From NCBI RefSeq assembly GCF_964213995.1, contig NC_135815.1, forward strand, positions 33,046,001-33,110,000: DNA of 64,000 nucleotides. The letters are read 5' to 3'. The DNA is from Mustelus asterias. Lineage: Eukaryota. Positions 37,239 to 48,962 of this stretch are shown piece by piece (positions within the stretch are counted from its first letter, which is position 1; every line of letters starts with the position of its first letter). The position numbers and the translations under genes were made by a program. Under the pieces are notes generated by a model. That model was not told the origin of the DNA. It saw only the letters and a list, made by a program, of their open reading frames with translations, and did no database searches.

Positions 37239-37601
37239 GGGCGGCACGGTGGTATAGTGGTTAGCACTGCTGCCTCCCAGCACTAGGGACCCAGGTTTAA
37301 TTCTGGCCTTGGGTGACTGTCTGTGTGGAGTTTGCATGTTCTCCCCAAGTCTGCGTGAGTTTCCTCTGGATGCTCCGGTTTCCTCCCGCAGTCCTAAGAT
37401 GTGAGAGTTAGGTGGATTGGCCGTGCTAAATTGCCCCTTAGTATCCCAAGATGTCTAGGTTAGATGGATGATCCATGGTAAATGTATGGGGTCATGGGGA
37501 TAGGCGGGGAAGATGGCCTAGGTAAGATACTGTCAGAGAGAAGGTGCAGACTCGCTGGGCCAAAAGGCCTTCTTCTGCACTGTAGGGATTCTATGATTCT
37601 A
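37239..37601 (+). mobile_element. HE1-type V-SINE
   Basis: GGGCGGCACGGTGGTATAGTGGTTAGCAC head, V-domain, TTCTATGATTCT tail. Confidence 0.9.
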
Positions 37602-38039
37602 AGGGACCTCCAGCCTCAGCTCTAATCTCAGCCTAAGGTCAGGGCAGATCAATAAAAGACTGACACCACCCATGCCCAGCACTCCCATGGAATCCAAGGT
37701 CCCACCATAGTGTTAAGTAGCCGTAATCTATGTTATTAAAATCTTAATAGGGATAGTAGGTGATGCTGGTTGCAGTCTTTTCAATATACTGTATTGAGGA
37801 ATAAAGAGAGATAAGATCATTATTAATACTGAGTGCTCCCCCACCGATTACTCCTGAGGACTAATATTTCACTGTGCCTTGGGAAGATTTACTAATATCA
37901 AGGCGTTATATAAATATTGTGCATCACTGTTTTGGAGAGGGGTGTGGAAATTGAAAATAAAATTCTAGAAGTACAAGGATTGAGAAATTAACATATCCTG
38001 AACATTTAACCCAACACCAACCCCCTCTAAACATAACAT

Positions 38040-38786
38040 TTCGTGCGGAACATAATCCGCAGCCCAGCTTTATAAGGAGGCGGACTGGTATATATCTATT
38101 TATGTTTGATCTCAATGTTCATTCCAGGGCATTGACCTATATTTAAGCTTACTTAGCTTATTAAGTTGGAGCTTTTTTGCTTCGCTTTCATTATATTGCA
38201 CAGGAGTAACCCTGAGGCACACGAGGATACTCACTCGATAACAAATAATCCATCAAGTTTTGAAACAATTTTTAGTGAGCACCGTGGCCCCGCTTTCAAA
38301 CGCAGGGAAAGTTCCAGGTGAAGGTGCAGCCACTGAGAACTTGAGGGCAAAGCAATTACACGGTAAAAACACGGATTAATTTCAATCGCTCATCTGGGGC
38401 AGAGCTTTCTCTCAATGATTAGTGATAAAACCTATTACTGCTTTCAAGGTGACGTCTCTTAGCCTCAGATTTTCTCTAGTGCATTCTGGAAGAGGCATCG
38501 CCCGCGCTTGGGGACAGGAGCTGAAAGGTTACGTTTAGACAGGGACCATTACCCCCACCCCCCCTTCCTCTCCCCTCCCTCCCCCTCCACTCTGGCTTTG
38601 GCACATAGTTGTGTGTCAATTTGTAGATCTGTTTTTTTTTATTTTGGGCAGGTCAGTATGGAGGGACACAAGGTTGAGTTAATCTCAGGCGGACTGTCTC
38701 CTGCCCTTTCTGCACCCATGCCCAAATCTTACTGAATCACCCACTCTTCCAATTCTAATCCAGTTGTGATAGAAAGAAAAAAAACC
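38040..38786 (+). promoter_or_regulatory. PRPH2 upstream region with clustered CRX/OTX (K50 homeodomain) sites
   Basis: TAATCC at 38053, 38246, 38756; GGATTA at 38373; TAATCT at 38680; GATTAG at 38417; repeat-free and CpG-enriched. Confidence 0.6.
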
Positions 38787-39367
38787 ATGGCCATTCTGAA
38801 AATAAAGTTCAACTTGCAGAAACGAGTCAAGTTGGCTCAGGGACTGTGGCTCCTAAACTGGTTCTGTGTCCTGGCTGGAATCGTTGTCTTTGGGATGGGG
38901 TTGTTCCTTAAGGTCGAGCTCAGGAAACGCAGCGAGGTGATGGATAACGAGGAGAGCCACTTGGTACCCAATTCCCTGATCCTGGTGGGAATACTGGCTT
39001 GTGCCATCAACTGCTTCGGAGGCAAGTTTAGCTACGATTCCCTCGACCCAGCTAAATACGCCCGCTGGAAATCCCTGCTCAAGTTCTACCTGGCCGCCTG
39101 CCTCTTCTTCACTTTCCTGACCTTCCTCACTGTGGTATTGTGTTTCCTGATGAGGATTTACCTGGAGGACACTCTGGCCAAGGGGCTGAAGAACGGGATG
39201 AAATATTACCGAGACACCGACACCCCGGGTCGGTGCTTTATGAAAAAAACCATGGACCATCTCCAGATCGAATTTCGCTGCTGCGGAAACAATGGATTCC
39301 GAGACTGGTTTGAGATCCAGTGGATCAGCAACAGATACCTGGACTTCAGCTCCAAGGAGGTGAAAGA
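38787..39367 (+). CDS. PRPH2: Peripherin-2 (RDS) coding exon 1, 581 nt
   Basis: [61 protein letters not shown]; Kozak ACCATGG; donor GA|GTAAGT; C150, C165, C166, R172 and L185 in register with human. Confidence 0.97.
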
Positions 39368-39551
39368 GTAAGTAAGAAAGGGGTTGTGGTGGGAGGGTGG
39401 ATCAGATGAAGTGTGCAAGGTAAGGCATGTCTTAACCTTAGCCTTAAGTCGTGTTTCTTTTGCCTTTTTATTGCTAAGGACCTTATAGAATGTCCCTGGT
39501 TTTGCTGTACAGGTTGAGTTTTAAGCCCTAAACACAGTTCCACCATCTCTT

Positions 39552-39810
39552 GTGGCACAGTGGCAAGCATTGCTGCCTCACAGCGCCCGGTGGCTTTGAT
39601 TCCCAGCTTGGGTGACTGTGTGGAGTTTACACTGTCTCCCTGTGTCTGCGTGGGTTTCCTTTGGGCGCTCCGGTTTCCTCCCACAGTCTGAAAGACATGC
39701 TGGCTAGGTGCATTGACCCGAACATGTGCCAGAATGTGGCAACTAGGTTAATTTCACAGTAACTTCACTGCAGTGTTAAAGTAAGCCTTACTAGTGACTA
39801 ATAAATAACC
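39552..39810 (+). mobile_element. V-SINE variant (alternative tail) in PRPH2 intron 1, abutting the 3' splice site
   Basis: GTGGCACAGTGG.. head, V-domain, tail TTTCACAGTAACTTCACTGCAGTGTTAAAGTAAGCCTTACTAGTGACTAATAAATAACC. Confidence 0.88.
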
Positions 39811-39828
39811 TTTCCCCCCCCCTCACAG

Positions 39829-40075
39829 CCGCGTTAGGAGCAATGTTGATGGAAAGTACCTGACGGACGGGGTCCCATTTAGTTGCTGCAATCCAGCCTC
39901 TCCACGACCCTGTATCCAGCAACAGATCACCAACAACTCAGCCCATTACAGCTACGAATTCCAGACTGAGGAGCTGAACCTGTGGACCCGGGGCTGCAAG
40001 CAAGCCCTCCTCAATTATTACACCAACATGATGCAGTCCATGGGAGGACTGGTGTTATTCGTTTGGATGTTAGAG
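39829..40075 (+). CDS. PRPH2: Peripherin-2 coding exon 2, 247 nt (not in the ORF track)
   Basis: Acceptor TTTCCCCCCCCCTCACAG; (D)[69 protein letters not shown]; donor GAG|GTAAGA; phases match both neighbouring exons. Confidence 0.97.
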
Positions 40076-40804
40076 GTAAGAGAGCCAATGATTAAAACAA
40101 GCTCCAAAACCTGACAAAGGATAAAATGTTCTTGCCAAATGCTTCCTGTAAATGTTTTTACTTAACTGCTAAGATGTGTCTATCAAGCAACAAATAGGGG
40201 ATAGTTATTACATATGTTTAATGATAAATGGCAAAATCCTTTTGCCATATAAACTTGTTGGACTTTAACCCTGTTGTTGTGAGACATCTTACTCTGCAAG
40301 CAGAGCTCACTGTGGGCAAAGCTATCATTTTCCATTCGGAGAATTCTTTCTGAAAGGTAGAAACATCAACATGAATGAAGGCAGCATTTTCTGTTTGTAT
40401 TTCAGATTTCCAGCATCTGCAGCATTTTGATTTTGTATTATTGATGTTTTGAATTCTGCCCTGCCACCCTCAAAATAACTAATGAACTCGACTCCTCCGA
40501 ATAATGTATGCATAAGGCCTTTTAGTCAGAAAATATTTCTGAGATTCAGCACAGATATTAAATGAACAAACAACTTAAGAGCAAAAGCAAGCTTTTAGTT
40601 CTGATGAGTTTATGGTGGCAGTCCACAAGTGAGCAGTCTAGAATTTACAAAGTTTGGCATGTTGATTTAAGTGTCTAGAGGGTTTCGATTGTTACCTCTA
40701 TATTACTTATTACATTCATTACATACAATCACAACTTAACCCGGATCAATATGGATTGGATTATGTTATACAAACTGCAATAATAGGTTCTGCATAATAG
40801 GAAT

Positions 40805-40926
40805 ACTATGGAAGCTGGAAATCTGAAATAAAAATAGGTAATGCTGGAAAACTCAGCAGGCCAAGTAACATCTGATGAGAGAGAAAGTTAATCCTTTCCT
40901 CTCTCAACAGATGCTGCCTGACCTGC
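40805..40926. mobile_element. Short inverted Penelope pseudo-LTR remnant
   Basis: GCTGGAAATCTGAAAT..ATGCTGGAAAACTCAGCAGG..CATCTG..GAGAGAG followed by CTCTCTCAACAGATGCTGCCTGACCTGC. Confidence 0.6.
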
Positions 40927-41611
40927 ATTACCTTTGCACCAACAAGTCCAGTTCACACTTTGAGGATGAATTGGTATTGTTTCTCTGTGGCTATGTCAAT
41001 GAATTGTTGATAGTTTTGGGGGGTTTTTTTGCATTAAAGTGAAATTGTGTCATAAATGGCACACATGTTTGATCTTAAACATCTGTTTTCTAAAGCACGG
41101 TTGATAGGTGGAGTTACCTGCGGAGTATATGTGGTATTTATACTCACCTGTCTCCACAACATGCTGATGTTGAGTTATTCACATTGAAGTAGACTGCTGG
41201 TGCAAAATCCTTTTGGAGCAGGCTGAAATCCAGATCTACCTAAAGTCCCTGAGCATCGGTATTCTAGTCAATAGTTTAAGAAACATGCTTTATTAATGTA
41301 ATCGGGTAAACTATTTGATTTTCTTGCATGTTGTGCTATGGGGAGTAACTTTATTTGGTAGTTACAAAAAAGTTATTTAAACATATTTTCTTGCATTTGA
41401 AAACAACAGATATGTGAGCTTTTTAAAATAAAAGTAATCTATACCAGGACAAGATGAGGTTATTCTACCTTCAGTCAGCATGAGTAAGTGCTGAGATGCA
41501 ATATTAAAACAAATCTTGACAAAAGTTTTCTTTGGACTATTGTTGCTGGTTTGGGATGGATCATGTCTTAATGTCTTGATAGATTTGAGCTTTTGTAATC
41601 TTTAAGTGGTG

Positions 41612-42050
41612 CCAGCCTTTGCTCAGTTGGTAGCACTCTTGCCTTTGAGTTAGAAAATCCTGGGCGCATGTTCCACCTTAGGGTCTGGAACATACAATCT
41701 AGCCTGATACTTCAGTTGCAGTACTAAGGAAGTGATGCACTGTCAAAAGTGTCATCTTTCAGATGCCACATTAAATCAAGGTGTAACTCCTCAGATAGAC
41801 ATTAAAGTTTCCATACCAATGGTACTATTCTAAGAACAGCAGGAAAGCTCTCGTGACTATTATCTGTTCCTCAACTGACACCACAGAAACAAGTATCTGG
41901 CCATTTTGTCTCAACTATTTATGGGTCTTGCTTTATGTAAGCTACTGCCATGTTTTCCAGTAGAACAACAAAGAGTTAATGAAGCTCTTCTCAATTGTAA
42001 AGTGTTTTTGGATGTCTTAAGTTGTAAAAGGTGCACTATAAATGTGAGCC
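41612..42050 (+). mobile_element. SacSINE1/DeuSINE-like SINE
   Basis: tRNA head GCTCAGTTGGTAGCACTCTTGCC; Deu-like GCAGTACTAAGGAAGTGATGCACTGTC..GTCATCTTTCAGATG; L2-like tail GCACTATAAATG. Confidence 0.7.
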
Positions 42051-42189
42051 TCGCTCTCATTATACCCTATGATTATACACCTTTGAAGGATTCAGGGTTG
42101 TATTCAGTACTTCTGGATAACCTGTATGAGACTCCATATACAAACTCAGATCCCAATATGTATGTGTGTTGGGTGGGGAGAGGGAAAAC

Positions 42190-42800
42190 ATAAAGAACAG
42201 GAGTAGACCATTTATTCTCCCTGTGTCTGTGTGGGTTTCCTCTGGGTGCTCTGGTTTAATCCCACAGACCAAAGATGTGCAGGTTAGGTGGATTGGCCAT
42301 GCTAAATTGCCCCTTAGTGTCAGGGGGACTAGCTAGAGTAAATGTATGGGGTTATGAGGGTAGGGCAGGGTGGGATTCTGTTTGGTGCAGACTTGATGGA
42401 CCGAATGGCCTCCTTCTGCACTGTAGGGATTCTATGATTCTACAACCCATCGAGCCATCCAATATGGCAATGGTTGATATTTGATTGTGGCCTTTAATCC
42501 ATTTTCCTGCCTGTCCCTCATAACCTTTTACTCTATTGTAGATCAAAACTCCGTCTAACTCAGTCTTGAATATATCAGCCTCCTCTCTGTTTACTGGGGA
42601 AGATTATCAACCCTCAGAGAAAAAATTCCTCTTCAATTAAACGGAAGACCCTTATTTTTAAAACTATGCCCCCTAGTTCCAGCCTCTCAGTATCTACCCT
42701 GTCAAGCCCCCAGATCAACTCTCATTTTTCTAGACACCAATGTATATAGGCCCAACCCCATGCAACCATTCCTCATTTGACATCCCCTTCATCCCAGGAG
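42190..42800 (-). mobile_element. CR1 3' fragment (minus) interrupted by a 5'-truncated HE1 SINE (+, ~42213-42441)
   Basis: ACATAAAGAACAGGAGTAGACCATT tail; SINE V-domain and TTCTATGATTCTA tail inside. Confidence 0.7.
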
Positions 42801-43211
42801 AAAGAGAGCATTCCTTGAAATCTACGCAGAGAAGTGGGGAGAATGGAGAGGGAAATCATTGGCAAAGATGTAGAAAGACTATGATAGGATAATCATACAT
42901 GAACTTTGAATGAGGCTCATTTGGTAGGCCATGTTGGCTTTTCTCACTTGAAGTGTGTGATTGTCAGATAATTTAAGCAAAGTAAACTGATGTCACAATT
43001 ACAAGTAGTTCCACATATTGTTGCATTGCCCTAAGATCCAGATCATCTCCTATCATAAAAAAGTAAATCCAGTATAGAGATAACTTTCCTACCTTCCCAC
43101 CCAGATAATATTATGCTATGATATCCACACACACTCAAAATCTCAAAAGCAAATACAAATAAAGCAAAGAGGTAAAGATTAAACCAGTTAAATATTGTGT
43201 TGTCCTGTAAC

Positions 43212-43496
43212 CATAGAATCCCTGCAGTATAGAATGAGGCCATTCAGGTCATCAAGCCTGCACTGACAACAATCCCACCCAGGCCCTATACCTGTAACCC
43301 CAAGTATTTACCCTGCTAATCCCCCTGACACTAAGGGTCAATTTAGCATGATCAATCAACCTAACGCACACGTCTCTGGACTGTGGGAAGAAACCGGAGC
43401 ACCCGGAGGAAACCCACACCGACAGTCACCCAAGGCTGGAATTGAATCCAGGTCCCTGGAGCTGTGAGGCAGCAGCGCTAACCACTGTGCCACCCC
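43212..43496 (-). mobile_element. HE1-type V-SINE
   Basis: CATAGAATCCCT..AAACCGGAGCACCCGGAGGAAACCCAC..GCTAACCACTGTGCCACC. Confidence 0.88.
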
Positions 43497-43570
43497 TTAA
43501 TGCTTAAATGTTACACAAAAGATACTTATCATGGCCATACAATCATGGTTACAATCTCATCTGAGTCAGA

Positions 43571-44763
43571 GAGGGTGATTTTCTGGCCTCGCCGCACCTG
43601 CGCAGATCGCACTAATCCAGGAAAATTGCGTGCAGGCCTAGAAATGGATTTCGTGCCTGACGTCAATTGGTTTGCAATTGTCCCGCAATTGTCTCAGTCT
43701 CTTGCTACTGGCGCAAACTGGATCTCACCCAGAAAAGGCGTGAAGCTGATTAGCATATTTAAAGTAGCATTTAATATGCTTAGCCCGTTCGACGCTGGAT
43801 TCTCTCAGTTCCCGGGATTTTCTGACCCTCAGGCACAACGTGAACCCATTGAGAATCACTGGAGACGAGGCGTGATGGCCACGCCGGTGACCTTGGAGGC
43901 CATTGAAGTCCCTGGGTGGTCGGTGATATGGCTGCGCAGTACCCATCTGGCAGTGCCAACCTGGCACACTGGCAGTGCCAGGTGGGCATTGCCATGGGGT
44001 ACTACCAGGGCCAGTGCCAAGGAAATAAGGCCTAAGTAGGCATGGGGCCTGAGTGGGGGGGGGGGGGGCATGTCTGGGGTTAAGGGGGACCCATTAGGAG
44101 GGCCCAATGCTCCAATGCCAGTGATCCTTGTTGGGGAGGGAGTGGGGAAACATGCTGCCAATGAGAGGGAGGTCCCAATGTCTGTGTGTGGGGGAGGGTG
44201 GGGGTCTTCTGGTGCACTGTGAGATCAAAATGGCACCCAATCACTTTGCAGCCGGGCTCACCAATGTGTTCAGGCCCCGTCATTCCCAGAACCGGCGCAC
44301 AACTCCGGTAGTGGCACGGTAGCACAGTGGTTAGCACTGCTGCTTCACAGCTCCAGGGACCTGGGTTCGATTCCCGGCTTGGGTCACTGTCTGTGTGGAG
44401 TTTGCACATTCTCCTCGTGTCTGCGTGGGTTTCCTCCGGGTGCTCCGGTTTCCTCCAACAGTCCAAAGATGTGCGGGTTAGGTTGATTGGCCATGCTAAA
44501 ATTGCCCCTTAGTGTCCTGGGATGCGTAGATTAGAGGGATTAGCAAGTGCGATATGGGGGTAGGGCCTGGGTGGGATTGTGGTCGGTGCAGACTCGATGG
44601 GCCGAATGGCCTCTTTCTGTACCGTAGGGTTTCTATGAACTCACCATTCTCCCAAAAAAACGACTAAGTGTGAGACAATTACGGTGTACAGACTGGTGCA
44701 GATCAGTCAGGTTTTCCCGCCCTTGTGACACTTAGTCATTTTTTGGGGGGGAAATTCCACCCA
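43571..44763. mobile_element. GC-rich non-autonomous TIR element with 3-bp TSD (AGA) and subterminal hairpin
   Basis: GAGGGTGATTTTC ... GAAATTCCACCCC between AGA repeats; hairpin CCCAAAAAAACGACTAAGTGT / ACACTTAGTCATTTTTTGGG at ~44651-44748. Confidence 0.7.
44312..44637 (+). mobile_element. Young HE1-type V-SINE
   Basis: CpG-retaining, near-identical to the reverse complement of 885-1225. Confidence 0.92.
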
Positions 44764-44968
44764 GAATGTTATGGGATCAAGTGCCACTTTACAGACATGA
44801 GCTTAAAATATAGGTTGACACTCCTAAGCAATACTGAGGAGTGCTGCATGATTAGAGTTGGCAACTTTCAGGTAAGTTATTAAACCTAGGTTGTGTCGAC
44901 CCATTCAAATGAATATTAAAGATGTGACGGTACTATTCAAAGATGTGCAGAGTAATTCTCCCTGATAT

Positions 44969-45209
44969 TAAAAACAGAAAATATTAAAAATACTTACCAG
45001 GTCTGGAAATATGTATAGAGAGAGAAATAGAGTTAAAGTCTCATGTGGATGACCATTCATCAGAAATCAGTCTGATAAAAGATCATTGACTTGAAATATG
45101 TACTCTGCTTCTCTCTCAACAGATGCTGCCAGACCTGCTGAGAATTTCCAGCATTTTCTGTCTTTGTATCAGATTTCCAGCATCTGTTTAGCTTTTGTGC
45201 TACTTTTCA
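44969..45209. mobile_element. Head-to-head Penelope pseudo-LTR palindrome with decayed hammerhead cores
   Basis: ..CAGGTCTGG..AGAGAGAG..GACCATTCATCAGAA | TCTGATAAAAGATCATTGACTTGAAA..CTCTCTC..CAGATGCTGCCAGACCTG; near-TSD CTGAT(A/G)T at 44962 and 45210. Confidence 0.7.
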
Positions 45210-45475
45210 CTGATGTCCTGGCTGATATCTAGCTTACAACCAGAGCCAGTAAAACCAAATTCCTGTCAGTATCTCAGACCTATTGGTAGGACCTCAGTGT
45301 GTGTGCAAGTTGACTAGCACATTTCTGCAAGTATTTAATTAGCTAGAAAGTGCTTTGGGTTGTCTGGAAGTTGAAAAGGGAGCTAAATAAATGCAAGTCT
45401 TTCATTCTGTGCTTCAAAATTGCTAATTAGATACAGTTTTGATTAAGCTTTTGGAACTAATTTTTATAAAAAACG

Positions 45476-45880
45476 TAAGAACACAAGAACTAGGAGCAGG
45501 AGTAGGCCATCTGGCCCCTCGAGCCTGCTCCGCCATTCAATAAAATCATGGCTGATCTTTTCGTGGACTCAGCTCCACTTACCATACCACTTACCGCTCA
45601 CCATAACCCTTAATTCCTTTACTGTTCAAAAATTTATCTGTCCTTGCCTTAAAAACATTCAATGAGGTAGCCTCAACTGCTTCACTGGGCAGGGAATTCC
45701 ATAGATTCACAACCCTTTATGTGAAGAAGTTCCTCCTCAACTCAGTCCTAAATCTGCTCTCCTTTATTTTCAGGCCATGCCCCGAGTTCTAGTTTCACCT
45801 GTCAATGGAAACAACTTCCCAGCTTCTATCTTATCTATTCCCTACATAATCTTATATGTTTCTATAAGATCCCCCTCATA
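45476..45880 (-). mobile_element. CR1 3' fragment
   Basis: AAGAACACAAGAACTAGGAGCAGGAGTAGGCCATCTGGCCC tail; CTTATATGTTTCTATAAGATCCCC. Confidence 0.85.
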
Positions 45881-46689
45881 TCTCTTATGACCTCCTAAAT
45901 AGGAACAATGGTAATGAGGGTAACATGATGCCTTCATGGAAGTTGGCGGGTGGGGAGATGTGGGGAGTGCGGGGGAAACAAGAAAAACTCTTCAACCAAA
46001 GTCAGTACCAACATTGTGTTTCTAAACATTCAAATCAGTTATAATGGGAAAATTTAATATGCCAATAAGTGTAGAAATATTTATAATATTAAACAGTTAT
46101 GGGGCAATTTATTGGAATACACTTATCCTTCAAGAGACCTGGCCATAAATCCTACACTTCAGTTGTACAAAGCTTCCTGAACTGAATGTTATTGTGTGAG
46201 ATAATGAGTTGCAGCAGTTTACCCACATGTTTACCCATTTCAGAGCTTGAACATTTATCCTTGGGAGCGATCATGGTGAGTCAGTGTTTGACTTTGAATT
46301 TGGAAAAAAATTTGGTGCAGTTACAGCTGTGTTGACATGCCATTATAACAGGAGGTTCAGATAATGGCAGAAACCAAGACAATGAGATGGTGTATTTATT
46401 ATCTTCTGGATTCAGGGAGATTGGCACCAAAGCAATCTAATTCTCAATACTCATTGAACTATACTGCTGCCTTGTTCTGGTTTCCTTCCTGGCCTTTTGG
46501 AGGTTGTTTCAGGGCAGAGCTGTCAAATCATATTGTGTCATAATTGCAAGCAGTGAACAAGTCGGGGAACTTCACATTTTCAATCTGTTAGTACAGTTGT
46601 TACATAGTAAAGGCATTGTTCCTAGAGCTTACATGTGCCAACAAAGAGCATTTTTAAGTTTCTTGCTGTGTGTGTCCAACCAGAACTAC

Positions 46690-48280
46690 TTCACAGAATT
46701 GGTACAGTGCAAAGGGAGGCCATTTGGCCCATAATGTCTGCACCTGCTCTCCGAATGAGCAACTTCCTAGTTCTATTGTCCAATCTTCTCCACGTAACCC
46801 TGCACATTCTCTCTTTTCAAATAACAGTCTAATTCCCTCTTGAGTGTTTCAATTGAACCTGCCACCACCATGCTCTCAGGCGGAGCATTCCAGACCCAAA
46901 CCATTCACTGTGAAAACATTTTCCCTCATATCACGATTGCTCCTTTTACTAATTACTTTGAATCTGTGCCCTCTCATCTCACTCATTTCACAAGTGGAAA
47001 CAGCTTCTCCCTATCTACTCTTTCCAGACCCCTCATGATTTTGAATACCTCGATCAAATCTCCTCTCAGCCTTCTTTTCTCCAAGGAAAACAGTCTCAAC
47101 TTCTCCAATCTATCTTCATAACTGAAGTTTCTCAGGAACCATTCTTGTGAATCTTTTCTGCACGATGTCTAATGCCTTCACATCCTTCCTGAAATGCAGC
47201 ACCCAGAACTGGACACAAGACTCCAGCTGAGGCTGAACAAATGGCTTATACAAGTTCAACATAACCTCCTTGCTCTTGTATTCTATGCCCCCATTAATAA
47301 AGCCCAGGATACTGTATACTTTATTAACCATTCTCTCCATCTATCCTGCCAGCTTTAATAATTTATGCACATATACATTCATGCCCTTCTGCTCCTGCAT
47401 CACCTTTGCTCACAAATCTGTCGTGTGGCACTGCACCAAATACCTTTAGCGAGTCTATGTACACCACATCAACAGCATTGCCCTCACCAGCCCTATTACC
47501 TCCTCAGAAAACTCCAGTGAGTTAGATAACCATGATTTTCCCTTAAGAAATCCATGCTGGCTTTCCTTAACTAACCTGCATTTGTCCATGTGACTATTAA
47601 CTTTGTATCAAATTATTGTTTCTCGAAGTTTCCCCATCATTAAACTGATTGGCCCATAGTTGCTGGGCGTATCCTGACAATCTTTTTGAACAAGTATGTA
47701 ACGTTTGCAATTCTCCAGTCCTCTGGCACTACCCCTGAGTCGAAGGAAGTCTGAAAGATTATGACCAATGCCGCCGCAATTTCCACACTCACTTGTGGTA
47801 GTATCCTTGGGTGCATCTCATCCGGCCCTGGTACCTTATTAACCTTAAGCACATTTAATCTATCCAATACCTCCACTTTTTCAATTTAAAGCTCTTCCAG
47901 TGGCGACACCGTGACACCATGGTTAGCACGACTGCCTCACTGTGCCAGGGACCTGGGTTTGATTCCCGACTTGGGTCACTGTCTGTGTGGAGTTTGCACA
48001 TTCTCCCCATGTCTGCGTGGGTCTCCTCCAGGTGCTTCAGTTTCCTCCCACATTCAAAGATGTGTGGGTTAGGTGTGTTGGCCACACTAAATTGCCCCTT
48101 AGTGTCAGGGGGACTAATTAGGGGTAAGTGCATGGGGTTATGGGGATAAGGTCTGGGTGGGAGTGTGGTCAGTGTAGACTCAATGGGCTGAATGGTCTCC
48201 TTCTGCACTGTAGGATTCTATGATTTTAGTGTTTGAAATACTTCCGCTTTTACCATGGCCTGGGTCACATCTTCTTCCAT
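46690..48280 (-). mobile_element. Degraded CR1 ORF2 fragment, interrupted by an HE1 SINE (+, ~47901-48227)
   Basis: LKVNKVPGPDEMHPRIL..VPEDWRIANVT and LESCVQFW..VQKRFTRMVP. Confidence 0.85.
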
Positions 48281-48722
48281 CTTCAAACATGGACTTGATT
48301 ATCCTGAACCAAGTGAGAAGACCAATCCAATCCCAGTGACATATTTATCCCTCAAGGCTGTCTGATCATTCACTAGGTGCCTAGATTATCAAGGGTCATC
48401 TGGCTCAGATATCAAAATTCGAGATTCCATTCATCCATCAACAGATATGTCTCATGTTGGAATTAACAGAATTTCAGAGCAGTATTTACCTAAGGAGGAA
48501 GTTTGTGAGTTGACTATTAGACAAATGGCAATGAGGTGACGATGTGAGTTACTCTTAAAAGCAACTCTTGTTTCCCATTTGCAGCAAATATAATTTGCAA
48601 AATACATTGGCAGAGCACTTTCTATTAATAAACCAAGTTGCTTACTTGAACAAAGACTTTCCTGTGTGTGTGAATACCACTGATCCGGGTAACTGGCTCA
48701 CTGTTTTCTACCTGTACTTTAG

Positions 48723-48962
48723 GTGGCTGTGATGGCTGGTATCCAATATTTGCATACATCCCTGGATAGCATTGCAAATCCTGAAGATCCTGAGTGCGAG
48801 AGTGAGGGTTGGTTATTGGAGAAAAGCGTGAAGGAAACATTTAAATCCCTGCTGGAAAGCATTAAAGAGCTGGGTAAGTTCAATCAGGTAGCTACAGATG
48901 AAGAGGGGAAAACTGAAGAGGGAAAAGTTGAAGAGGGCAAGACTGTCGCCACAGTCAGCTGA
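48723..48962 (+). CDS. PRPH2: Peripherin-2 coding exon 3, 240 nt to stop
   Basis: Acceptor TTTTCTACCTGTACTTTAG; VAVMAGIQYLHTSLDSIANPEDPECESEGWLLEKSVKETF..ELGKFNQV; total CDS 1068 nt = 355 aa. Confidence 0.95.
   Translation: MAVMAGIQYLHTSLDSIANPEDPECESEGWLLEKSVKETFKSLLESIKELGKFNQVATDEEGKTEEGKVEEGKTVATVS

Larger units (their letters stand above)
43545..45402 (+). mobile_element. SacSINE1/DeuSINE-like element split into three pieces by later insertions
   Basis: Head ..CTGAGTCAGA (to 43570); Deu part from 44764 (GCAATACTGAGGAGTGCTGCA); tail from 45210 ending GCTAAATAAATGCAAGTCTTT. Confidence 0.65.

Noticed and set aside
38766-39371. PRPH2 as a single 201-aa ORF
   Set aside because: The track begins at an upstream GTG and reads into the intron; the true exon is 38787-39367.
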